Of a DNA stretch of 64,000 nt, positions 27,941-39,849 are shown in pieces. The notes beneath the pieces were generated by a model, which was given only the letters and a program-made list of their open reading frames with translations, searched no databases and was not told where the DNA came from. The stretch comes from Sphagnum compactum (Eukaryota), in contig OZ234493.1 in the NCBI GenBank assembly GCA_965153455.1, forward strand, positions 7,678,213 through 7,742,212, written 5' to 3'. The translations under genes were made by a program, and so were the position numbers. Each line of letters opens with the position of its first letter. Position 1 is the stretch's first letter.

Positions 27941-30900
27941 AATGGTTTGGATTTGAAAAACATTATCGACAGAGAAAAAAAGCATTCTTTAAACATTGAA
28001 GAGCCTTCTACACTTTAAGTACCACTTACTTAGGCAATCTTAAACAAATGGATTGTAATCACGTACTTATTGAGTTAAATTTAAAATGACAGTAACTTGA
28101 CAGGTACTGCAATCACACATTCCAAAACAAATTAAACAATCACAAATGCCCATAGGAAAGCTTGTTGAGGATCACCTCCTGCTGTTGGCTGCTTCTACCT
28201 TACTATACATCAGATGACAATGGACGCAAATGAGGTAAAGTGAACATGGGGATGTGTTTTGAACAAGAGTACAGTCCTTACAAGGCACCCCCCCACCCGC
28301 CCAATCGAGCTCTGTCTGGCGCTTGTTTCCCTTGTTTAGTAGTAGTAAGTTAGGAAACCTAGACCCACAACCATGTAGACTGGAAGGTCTGACAAGCAAG
28401 CCAATTAAGTCAGTTGATTTGATGATGTACGTCTGATCCCAATATTGAAGAGTACATCATTTGTTGTCTTGTCTGATTTCTGTGAACTGGCAACATTATT
28501 GGTACTACCCATATCAAGTTCTTCTTTAGTAAATCCCAGAATCTCCAGTATATGTCTCAATTATATATTGCATTTTGGTGCATTTTCAAGAGTAATCCAG
28601 CAAAAAAAAAGCTACCTTGAGCTTTAATGTTCATTCTTAAACTCCACTTTTTTTCCCTTCATTCACTCCTCATCCATCCATCTGTCCATCCAGGAAAATT
28701 ACAACTTGCAGCCCTACTCTAAGTCAGCAAATACTGTAGGTAGTGAGTGAATCCATGGATAATGTTGCTGGCAGAATGTATGTTTCATTGAATGGTGTCA
28801 CGAAAACAATCAGAGTAGTACAATGGAACGCATAATCATTCAATCTGAAGTTCCCTTGACAACAATGTTCTTCATAGTGCATAAACCTGGCATTCTTCAT
28901 ACCTCTGCATAACTATGCCTTTGTAATTGAGTTGGTAGTTTCAACAACATACCCAAACCATTAAGTACTCGAACAGCTGGGAATACGGGTTGATGCCCAG
29001 CCCACCTTAGAAGTTAGGAGATTGTTGACTCCTGTGTACTCAAACCTTTCACAAGCTTCAACATCACTTACATGCCAAGCAACAACCATGTTGTGTGTAA
29101 CATGTTTTTTCTCAAGCAGGTGAAAACACAAGTATGACACAACCTTTCAATACCTGTCGGAAGCCATTTGAAGATTCATCATTTGCCCACAGTGAACCAA
29201 CACCCACTAGCTTACTATGAAGGATGGATGATATGTGGACAGCAAACAAGTTTTCATTGTCCCATAGCTAACCAGAGTGGTTAGCTATATACTAACCATC
29301 CACATGTACCAAGCTACCCGGTAGTCACCAAGTGCCTCACCTACTTACCTACCTACACAACAACCAATTACATTCCTTATTTATCTATGATACTTATCCA
29401 TGTACATAGGTACTCTAAGATGAAAGTAAGAGGGCTTATGCACAATATGTTACCAAGGTGAAACATTAGATGAATCACAACTGAATCATAATGGCTCTCC
29501 GATGGATGGTGCACTGGTGGGTGCTGGGTCACATAATCCCATCAGTTCCCACCGAGATGCAACTATCCATGACCTACCCTTTTGAAAGCTCGTGGGAATG
29601 TACTCATCAAACAGGAGTATTTGGCCCCAGAAATGCCTCCGAAAAGTTGAAGTAACTTTCTAATACCAGTTGAATATCTGAGTATGGTTCTATACTACAA
29701 GTAAGATCATGCCTTGGTGGTAGTCGCATTATACTACGACTATAACTACTGTTACAGTTTTTATGGTACTATAGCCTTTCATGGACTTGACCAAGAGGTA
29801 AGTAATAGGTTCACCCAAGTAGTATAATGGAACTGGTGTATTGAGTGGTCTCAAATTTACACTTGGAGGCCAAATTTGGGTTGTCCTGCCAGAGAAGCCA
29901 TTAGCTATCTATAAGCCATTATAGTATTCATAAGTTTTTGGAGTTCTTCTAGGGTTTAGCAGAACTATAGTAAGTAATAGATTAGAAAATTAAACCCTTC
30001 AATAGGTAAGGTAACTCAACCTAAAATAAACACTGCTCCTTTTTGGGCACCTACTTTTGTGCCTAAATGTGGTGCTCATTAAGCCTTAACTAGGCTTGTA
30101 TTACATCTAACTAAACAAATCTCAGCCACCTGCTCTCATTTCATGGGTTCATTAACAGATTCTTGGGTGTTCATTTGTTGCTGCTACAATGTTATTAAAG
30201 GTCTAGTCTAGAAGCCACATGCAAACTTGAACTTAGCTACGTAAGGGGTGAAATGGCGATAGTTTAATGTTGGGTTGAGTCAGAACATGGACCATTACTA
30301 ATTACCATTATGATTATTATAAATCATTCATATATTTATTAGGTGCCAGTAAAAAGGTGATTATAATTCCATTTTGCTTCTTGTGTAGATGCAGGCATGA
30401 ACACTCATTATCGTAATTACATGTTACACGTGATCAGAATTACTTGTTACTTATTTTGTAATACATATTGTCCATTTTAGGTCCATAATTATTCCATCTT
30501 TGTTTTGTGTGAACATTGCAAGCTACAATGATTCATAACAATGTGAGTCATAGCAATAGACCAAGCCAAATGTTTTAATTATTGTCTGACATAGACTTGG
30601 CTAAATCACAAAGTATTGAACCTAGTTTTGAAGATTTAGAGTGCAATTCATTAGAATGCATGGGGTCCCAATTTGAATGTGCACAATGAGTGGATTCAAA
30701 TCCATCAATTGAACTATAGCTACGTTCATTTCTATCTATAGTACCACTTAGTTCTTGGAGGTTGAACATTCACAATGCACTACCAAGCACACTACAAACT
30801 AGTTTGTTTGCATGTCAAGGTGATGCAATGCAATTTCGCGTGAGCACCCCAACTCCAATCATCGACAACTAGTTGTGATGGACCCAAGGCAATGGTGATG

Positions 30901-31199
30901 GCAATCATGAACATAATGAAAATGTGCATGCATTCAAAACCACCCGACAAATATCTAGTCGGTCAAGTAGGCCAGGCAAGGTTGAACAATCAACAAGCAC
31001 ACATGGTCTAATGCCAATTTAAATTACTACAAGCACACATGGTCCAATGTTGATTTGTGTTGCTGCAAATGCACATGAACTTGCAATTCAAATTGGTGAT
31101 ATCCCAAACGCAAGCACAAACGATCTTGCAACTCAAATCCACGACGCTCCAAGTGCACACAAACCTGCAACTCAAATTGGAAGGCAACAAAAAAATCTG

Positions 31200-33140
31200 A
31201 AAAATAATGGAAATTGAGATGATGCATTCCTAGTTTTTGCAATGGATGTTATTGAAGGTGGCTCAAAAATTCAAACTGCTAGCAAAATGTTTGGTGTGCC
31301 TATCACATCACTAAGAAACCAATTGTATGGAATAGCACGTGATAATCGCATATACGAAGCAAAGCTGGAGTGTTATAGAAAGAAAAAAAATTTGTTCAAT
31401 ATGTGAAGAAGATGCAAGGCATCAGCCATCCAATAACATTGACACAATTTAAGTTAAAGGTGGCAAAAATTATAGAAAAGAGGATCACGCCTTTCAAAAA
31501 TGGAATTCCAAGGTGGGGATGGTTCATGTGGTTCAAGAGGCGTAACCCTGATTTGTTACTACGTGTGTCATAGGGTTTGGAGGCTTATGCCCATTAAATG
31601 TTGAAACCTTTTACAAAAACTTAGCATAAACATACAATTTGCATAGCTACCACCCAAGTCAAATATGGAATTGTGACGAGAGTGGTGTGTATGTTGGTTG
31701 AAACAAAAGGGCCCTAATTTTGGCCAAAATTGGCTTCAAGTTTGTGCATTCTATAACATTAGATGAATATGAATGGTTGCCAGTATTATCTTGCATCAAT
31801 GCAACAAGTCGTACCTACCAAAATTTTACATTTCCAAAGGTAAATAATTCTATCGAAATTATGTTGAATGATGTAAATTTGGGGCTACTATGGCTATGCA
31901 ACCAAAAGCTTGGATGATTACATTTCTATTTGACATATGGATTTCACACTTTATAACTTCTATTCAAGCTCGTGGAGGAAACTTGGCTTTAACTAATCGA
32001 CATTTAGTAATTTTAGATGGCCATAATTTGCATGTGACTGTTGATATTGTGCACAAGGTTAAAAGGGTGGGGCTTGATCTAATCACTTTGCCATCACACA
32101 CAAGTCATGCGTTGCAACCTCTTGATGTTACATGCTTTAAGCCTTTCAAAACTGCATTTAGAGCTTATAGAGGTGTCTGGATTTTTGTTAATAAAAAAAG
32201 GGTGTTGGCAAGGAAAACCTAATACAATGGGTGTCTTTAGCTCTTAAGAAAACCTTGAGTCCACATAACATATGTAAAGGATTCAAAACAACTATAATAT
32301 GGCCACTTGATCCAAATCCTATGGAAGGCAAAATGCAACTCAATGAACAATTTATGCAAACTAAAATATATTTTCAATTAATCAACTTGCAAGTCAACTC
32401 CTAGTTAGGAAAGTTCCCAAAAAACTTCCTTATTTGATGCACACATAGAAGCCTCCGTGGAAGTTTCCTTGAACCACGTCCCCAAAGGGATATAAATAGG
32501 AGTACGACCCCTCATTCCTTCAATCTGTTCAATGCTAGTTTTAGGCATGATCTTGCATCACAACCTTGTTATGTTTTTTTCATGTTCATGTTTGCATATG
32601 TTAACATAATAAAAATTTGTTTTCATGTTTATTTTGCACATCTTGTGTTCTTATTTTTTAATCATATAATCTTGTCTTGTTCCTTGTTTGGAAGTTAGAC
32701 TTAGACCTTTCCTTTAGTTTTTGTTCTCTTGGTTTTTCGTGTCCTTGACAATTACAACCATAGAGAGAAAGCATCACAAGCAAATGATGATTAAATCGAA
32801 AAAGGCAAAAACAAACAAAAAGGTTGGAAAAAAATTTATCAAGCACCATTGTTTTGATGAAAGGTTCATGAAAATAAAATTTGATGAAGTTTGGTCTGCA
32901 AAGCAATGTGCAAAAGTCAATGAAACACTATACGTTGCCATTTGAGATAATGCACCTCTACCAAGCACTAGCTATCAAGCTGTATTCTGAAGGACCAAAC
33001 CTTAGATATGAAAATTCAACATGAAGGTGGCCATGGAAAACGAAAAGCTAGGAAGGAAGGTCAAGATCATTCACATATTGTTCTAATTGAACCAACATCA
33101 GTACACAAACCCAATCCTCACTTTATTCCTGTCGAATGAC
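31200..33140 (+). mobile_element. Degenerate pogo/Fot1-like (Tc1-mariner superfamily, DDE_1) transposase
   Basis: Psq-type HTH 'AMDVIEGGSKIQTASKMFGVPITSLRNQLYG' (about 31240-31330). CENP-B/Tc5 HTH 'HPITLTQFKLKVA..TPFKNGIPRWGWFMWFKRRNPDL'. Catalytic motifs 'QIWNCDESG' (about 31660), 'HLVILDGHNLH' and 'LPSHTSHALQPLD' (ORF 31890..32222). Interrupted by stops and frameshifts; TIRs not identified. Confidence 0.88.
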
Positions 33141-36100
33141 TATTGAAATAACTCTGATGAAGATGGTGATGGTTAGACTCCAGACACATGGTTTAAGGTG
33201 TAACACTAGTTTGTTTACACCTAGCATGTCTTCAATTTAATGACACCTACTTGTCATTTTCATGTAGTGAGGTGATGCACCTCAATAAACAATTTTTGTT
33301 ATTTATGGAGCTAGGAACTATTTATTTTTGGGACTGGGAAGAGTTTATTTTGGGAGCAAGAAGTGTATTTTTAGTGATCATGTAGTGTTTGTTTTGAGAC
33401 CATGAAATGTTTTTGTCCCTCGGCAAGTAGTGTTTGTTTTGGGGCACCTGTGGTAATGGATTTTAAGTGATAGCCTACTTATTCACAATTTCTCAAAGAA
33501 CTTAATAAAGGCATCATTACAAGTCAGTGTGGGAGGGCCAAGACTAAAAGTAGAAACCCAACAAATTATGGTGCCCATAATAGGTGTCAAAATATCAAAA
33601 CTTTGAAATTTTATATTTAAATGGAGGATGGACAGAAAATTAAGGTTTTCAATTCTGTCCGAGTACACATCCATTTGCTAATCAGAGGCCTTTTTTCCAT
33701 CCTGCCTTGCTTTATTTACTATGCGTTGCCATGAAACTTGTCCATTTAAAGTTTGACTACATTACTTTCCAGTGGTTGCTTGCTTGATCCAGTTCTGACT
33801 TCCAAGTTTTGAAGGAAACCTCCTGTTTCAATTTTGGTTAAATTTTAATTTGATAGAAACTCCAGTTCCGGATCCAGTTCTGACTGGTAATAATTTTTTC
33901 CTTTGATGGAACCTTTGGTGAGATTTTCAGCTCAGATCTTCAAATTCCTGGTTTCTTTAAAAATCTATAGTTCCACCGACCTGTACATAACCAAAGATTG
34001 GAGTTGTGTACATACCACATTGTACAACCACTTAGAAGTGGTCACCTGACTAAAAGTACAACTTATATGCAACTTTTTTGAAATTGTAATATCATGATAA
34101 CAAGGAAAATACATACCTACTTTAAAAACCGAAAGTCGCATAGAATAACTACATCCAAGTTCCAATTATGGACTACATCACATGCACATGTGAGCATCCA
34201 AACTATTCGTGCTAACCTGCATGTTCAAGCCGATTACCGTCATTGAACATAACTGTTTGTATGGCAGCACCAAACTTATGGGCTATGGGCTACACAGAAG
34301 AGGGTGAGTTATGAGGTTCAACCAAGGGACAACCAGCAATATGCAAAAGGTATTAGGGATACAAGAATGTGAGAAGGCAGCAGGATATGTGATATAACTG
34401 AGGAGCTCTTGTCCAATGGCAGGCTGCCACATTAGCGAGATGCTCCTACAATTGGTTATGATTCATAATCCAGAAAGAGGCTTGTTCCAGGGTTTAGGTC
34501 TTCTAATTTTGGTCCAAATAGAAAAGAAAAACTGATTCCAAGTCTGAATTCTATTCTCTTCTTCCAGTTTTCCAAAGAAGAGAACCTGTGCACTAGTGCA
34601 GGTGTTGCTTCACAGGAGCCAACAATGTTCATTTTGTTACTCTTACTCATAACAAATGCTCTTGGATTAGTGGTGATGATATATTTCTTCAGCTGCTTAC
34701 CAAAACTGCCACCACCCAATCTCTCTGCTTCAATCTTGGCCTCAAATGGGTTTCTGTCACAGACAACATTGCATATCACATTCAGATGTTGTGGGTACTT
34801 TTAGACTAAAAGATATGCACCTTAGGCAAAGAGGTGGTGTAGCATGTTGTCTGCAGAAGGAATCCCCTGCAGCCTGTGCATGAAAATATTGTGACCCAGC
34901 AATTGCCAAAACTGCCCTATGATGCCAAACTCAGAATGATGGATGGAAAGCTCGCTTGTTTATTCCATTTCCCTTCACGAGCCTGCAGAAACTCAGAATG
35001 AGAGTAGCTGCTAGAACATGTAAAACTAGTTCATTGCTTAGACAGCTTTGCAAAATTGTGTCTAGGCTGGAGATTGTTGCACTGTAACATGAAAAGTGGT
35101 TGGGTGAGGCTAAACCTTTCCCAAAACCTATTTCAAATGCATTGAAGATCTGATTGAAGTCAACAGATGCTTCTTTCACAGCCAGACCACTCCTTGCTGA
35201 AATTGTTATAAGTCACAGAAGCCACCACCACCCCAAGTCTGTCAGTGATAGTATTTGACAACACAAATTGGTACCACAATGACTCTGGAAGTCTCAAAGG
35301 CTAAACTGTCAACCAAACTTTAGAATTGCAGTGCAGACTCCTGAACGAATTTTCAGCACTGCAAGCTTTGACTTACTCTATATTGAGAAATTTCCACATT
35401 GAGTCAAAAGATTCAACACATATTGTAAGATAACTCCCTGCATCCAAGAAAAAGGCAGGCAATAAACAGATTATCAACTGGGAGACTGAACATTCAAAAT
35501 TACCACAAGGAGATGGTAGATTACCAACAGATTTTACTTCATACAAAGAGAAATGGAAAACAAGTCTCTGTTTCATCTTTGAATTAGACTTTTCAAAGCA
35601 CACTGCTGAAAATGGAGCATTGGTATGTGTCATTTACTTGCATTGAAAACCCCAATATTCAACACCCACCAAGTTCAAGAGATGAAGCTACCCACAGAGG
35701 TGTAAACTGCACATGCACAAACAGGAGCTCCTGATAATTTATCAACATTATTACATATGAACAGCATGATGTACTTTCACGCTGTGGACAGAAATCATTC
35801 AATTCCCAATTTTTCATTTGTCTCTGGCATTCTATGCTCTCCTTTTGTGTGCTGCATGTCTGCTGCTAAGGGAAATTGCTGCCCATAGCATGCAGTTACT
35901 GTTCAGCCAGGTTTACAATGTTGAGCAACACCATAGAAACAACAACACTTTCGATACTAATTAGAGAAGATGAATGGCTGAAAACTTTCCATTTATGAGT
36001 TGCTTGCTGGCTAGAAATGACAGTAGGATTGTCTGATGCCAATTTAATCTTATTCTCGCAGAAACCTGGAGGGACTCCTGCAAGCAGAAATAGCAAACAT

Positions 36101-36868
36101 CATGACATTAGAATATCCATTACTTTCAGGCAGACAGCACAAGTGGCAATGTGTCAAGCTTGCAACATCACAGCTTTTGTGTTGATTGTCTAATGGGTGT
36201 AACCAGGCACAACATACACAGAGAAAGAGGATTGGTAAGAGCATCTCCAGGGTGCTCAGTATGTGACCCTGAACTGGAAATCCTGGATGAGGTGCAGCAG
36301 TCCAGTGAATCACTGGAACACTGCTTTGACCCTGGAAAAAAGCACAGCTTTCAGAGCCCTGAAGGAGCCCTGGAACAGTCTAATAAACACAGTCAAACTG
36401 TATTTACTGACTGCTCCCTGTTCCTGATTGGCTAGATAGTTTGATTGGTTCAGGTGGGTTGCTATTAGTAGTCTCCCACCTATTTGCAGTCCCAGTTTCA
36501 GTTCTATGGGGTTGGAAAAAAGTAAGTAACTACAACTTGGATGTGAGAAATATTTTTCCAGGGTCATATTCCAAGCACCGCTGGCGATGCTGTAAGAGAT
36601 GCGTGAATATCCTACAAAGATTGGGGCACAAGGGAGCAAGAGAGAATGTGGGATGGCTACCATAGAGAAGGAGAAACCTTAGTAAAGAACTACAGATGAG
36701 CAAAATTGGGACACAAACACCAAGGCAATAGTCTGAACCCTACTGTGCTGGAATTCATTAGTTATGTTAATACCAAAACAACAAACACTCACAGTTACAA
36801 TTCCCATTATTTGTATGACCAATTGCACAGTCAGGAGACACATCTGACCGAGAGAAAAAGATTACCAT

Positions 36869-39145
36869 TTAGAACAAGATGTCTTCATCTTCCCCTTCAC
36901 CAATAATACCATCTTGATCAACCTTGTGACCAGCGTCTTTTCTGCTCTCTTCCTCCAACAACAACTTGTTTCTTGCAATCTGTTTTTCAACCTACAATCA
37001 AAAAGAAGAAATTTTAGTTACATAAAAAGATCCTGCCTGTTGCTGACTGTCATGATCAAACCACAATCTCCACATGAACCAGTGCTTCAGCCACATAATA
37101 GTAAGGAACAACACAACCAGCATAGCATTCCAAGATCTATTTCTTCATCTTAAGTGTCTGGTGGACAAATATTATGAGATGGTGGACTAGACACCACTGA
37201 AAAAAAACAGCACATACAGCAAGATGTTTGATGTCCTAGAATGATATCCTCAGCATCCATGTAGAAGTTCACTTTGCACAGCCAAATGATAAGCTATGAA
37301 TGCATATCACCATAAGATTTCCTTATAAATTCAACACTAAATATGTTGATCAATGATCTACCAGTACTCCTACCAACAGAGCATGCATCCTGGCTTGTGA
37401 ATAAAATTCTCAAGCTCAGGATGTCAGAGTGAGATCCCTTCGCTATTTTATTGGCCTAACCTGCTCCAATGTTCATATGGATATTCATCGCCTATAAACT
37501 GAAACCAGCAGATAAGCCTATCTGCTTTCACATAGAGAGCTGTGCTTTCCAATCCCAAATGCGTGATACAGATGCAGAAGAGAAAAATCTCTTATAGTTT
37601 CCAAGGAATCAGTGTCCAACCTCATCAATTGACAAAGTACTTGGAGAAAGTCTGAAGGAACAAACACTAGGGTACATTCCATATATAGCCTCTAGCATTT
37701 GTACAAGTCATCAAGACTGGTAGCATCTGCATGGTACAGTTAGGCTGAATAAGGAGAAATAAAGGGGGCAAATTACATTAGTTGTTTTTGGTATCAGTTC
37801 CAACCAAATGACTAAACCCTAACAAATCAGATATCTTGGTTTAAATATATGTGAGTTGAGCTAGAAGCATGCTCCCAATTTGCCAATCCACAATCCATTA
37901 CTGCAGATTAAGAACCCAGAAGTACTTGCAACAAAGCTTGAGCTCAAGAAAGAAGTGGATTCACAATCAGAGCACAAGCTTTGTAATAATGAAACCATCA
38001 GGATGTCCTGGCTCAAAGATGCAGGAAACCCTAATGGTTGGAAGAGTCATGGTCCAAGTTCCAAATGAAGCCTTAGGATGGCCTGCTTCAAAGATGCAGG
38101 AAACCCTAATGGTTGGAAGAGTCATGGTCCAAGTTCCAAATGAAGCCTTTAGGATGGCCTGCTTCAAAGATGCAGGAAACCCTAATGGTTGGAAGAGTCA
38201 TGGTCCAAGTTCCAAATGAAGCCTTTAGGATGGCCTGCTTCAAAGATGCAGGAAACCCTAATGGTTGGAAGAGTCATGGTCCAAGTTCCAAATGAAGCCT
38301 TTAGGATGGCCTGCTTCAAAGATGCAGGAAACCCTAATGGTTAGAAGAGTCATGGTCCAAGTTCCAACTATTCTGGTCGTTCTCCTTCCTCACATTGTCA
38401 GTATCAGATACACATGCGCCGCTACATTGCAGCAGGAGATCAAGCAACTATCGCAAGACTCCTACTCATTCTTGTCAGCACATTATGATAGAGGTCTTAC
38501 TTCTTTCTTCTTGTAAGCCTGGACCTTCTTCAACCTGAAAAACTCTTCCCTCTCCAACTCATCAAGTTCGCCTTTAATGTACTGAATAGTATTCTCAAGC
38601 CGCGGTTTCACCACGTTCTCCAGAGCATTCACTCTCCGGTTGGTGGTTTTGATGGCCTCATCCAGCGTTAGAAAAGACGTCTGCAAAGACGCTAACTCCA
38701 CCAGAATCTCAACCGCCTTGACGAAAGCCGATTTACAGAGCTGGATCTGTTGTCCGCCTCTAGCCAACCCTGTCAAGTCGTTCTTGGTCTCTCCAGCCTC
38801 ACTGAAGTGCTCAAACTTGGGCAACTTGACGCCGGCCACATTCTCCTGCCTGGCTCGCACCTTAATGATGGCGGTGTCCACGTTCTCGAACACGATGTAC
38901 TTAATATTATCCCCAGCCGTATACTTAGCTTCCGTCAATGCGAAAGCCGACGCTTTCATAATCTCCCCCATCTCTTCCTTCGCCTGCACAATCTTCTTCA
39001 GAATTTGCCGGAACTGCATGGTGAGCGCATCACTCTTCTTCTTCAGCAACTGGTGGCCCTTGGTGGCACCTACAAGCCGTGCCTTCACCACCCCCATGGT
39101 GGTGATGGTTGGCACCACATTCAGCCGCTGCCCCGACCCCGACAT
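36869..39145 (-). CDS. VHA-D: V-type proton ATPase subunit D (255 aa, 2 exons)
   Basis: Exon 1 is 39145-38501 (MSGSGQRLNVVPT...GHQLLKKKSDAL...TNRRVNALE...ELDELEREEFFRLKK..KKKE|GTAAG). Exon 2 is 36991-36869 (TAG|VEKQIARNK...GEDEDILF*), with the typical DEDILF C-terminus. Confidence 0.96.
37988..38367. repeat. Intronic minisatellite, 75-76 bp x 5, in the VHA-D intron
   Basis: The AAAGATGCAGG anchor occurs at 38015, 38090, 38166, 38242 and 38318. The copies are near-identical. Confidence 0.95.
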
Positions 39146-39305
39146 CTTGCCCACAGAAACAGCAACGGCAACAGCAGCAACCACTCCAACCTCCTCCTAC
39201 TTCTTTCCCCTCTTGTGCGATCCGATGCAAAACCATAAAGAGTGGGCAAAATCCAAAGACGACGCGAAATCCAAACTCCTTTGAGAGCGGAAGAAGAGCT
39301 TGTGC

Positions 39306-39314
39306 AAACCCTAG
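39306..39314. promoter_or_regulatory. Telo-box in the VHA-D 5' region
   Basis: AAACCCTAG about 160 bp upstream of the ATG. Confidence 0.4.
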
Positions 39315-39464
39315 AGCAGCAGAACGCCAGTGACTTGTTTATGGCCTTTGCCCTTGTGTATGCAGCGAACAGCCAAGTCTCGGAGTTTTTGTCCCTTGGC
39401 CATTTCCGGAGGCCACAAACGCCAACACATTCAAACTCTTTTTACATGAGAAGCGTCCCTATCT

Positions 39465-39815
39465 TGAGGCCCTCTTTATCTTGAGACCGTTCGTACCCTT
39501 CCGAGGGTCTCTTATCTTAAGACCCTTCCAACCCTTCTGAAGGTCTCTATCTTGAGACCCTTCAGACCCTACCAAGGGTTTCCTTCGCACCCTTCCCAAT
39601 CTTAGACCCCTTTTGACTCTTTGAACCTTTTCAGAAGTCCTTATCTTGAGACCTTTTCGACCATTTGGACCCTTTTGAAGATCTTTATCTTCAAGCCCTT
39701 TCCTACTTGAGACCCATTTGATCCTTTGGACCTTTTCTAAGGTCTTTATCTTCTACCATTTTGACCTTTCAAACCTTTTCAAAGCTCTTTGTCTTAAGAC
39801 CCTTTCTAACCCTTT
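39465..39815. repeat. Degenerate tandem array of TATCTTGAGACCCTT-like units (about 35-50 bp period)
   Basis: About 8-9 recurrences of (T)TATCTT(G/A)AGACC and GACCCTT motifs between the VHA-D promoter and the gypsy remnant. Confidence 0.65.
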
Positions 39816-39849
39816 GGAAAAGAAATTCACCAAGGATCAACCAATAATA

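Noticed and set aside
34200-36700. Several 60-117 aa ORFs downstream of VHA-D
   Set aside because: No domain similarity and no coherent exon chain. It may be UTR or lncRNA, which the sequence alone cannot show.
37988-38367. CRISPR-like array
   Set aside because: The whole unit is repeated with no unique spacers, it lies in a eukaryotic intron, and there are no cas genes.
38640-39284. 214-aa and 162-aa plus-strand ORFs over VHA-D, and similar antisense ORFs over tubulin and PPR
   Set aside because: Antisense shadows of conserved coding exons.
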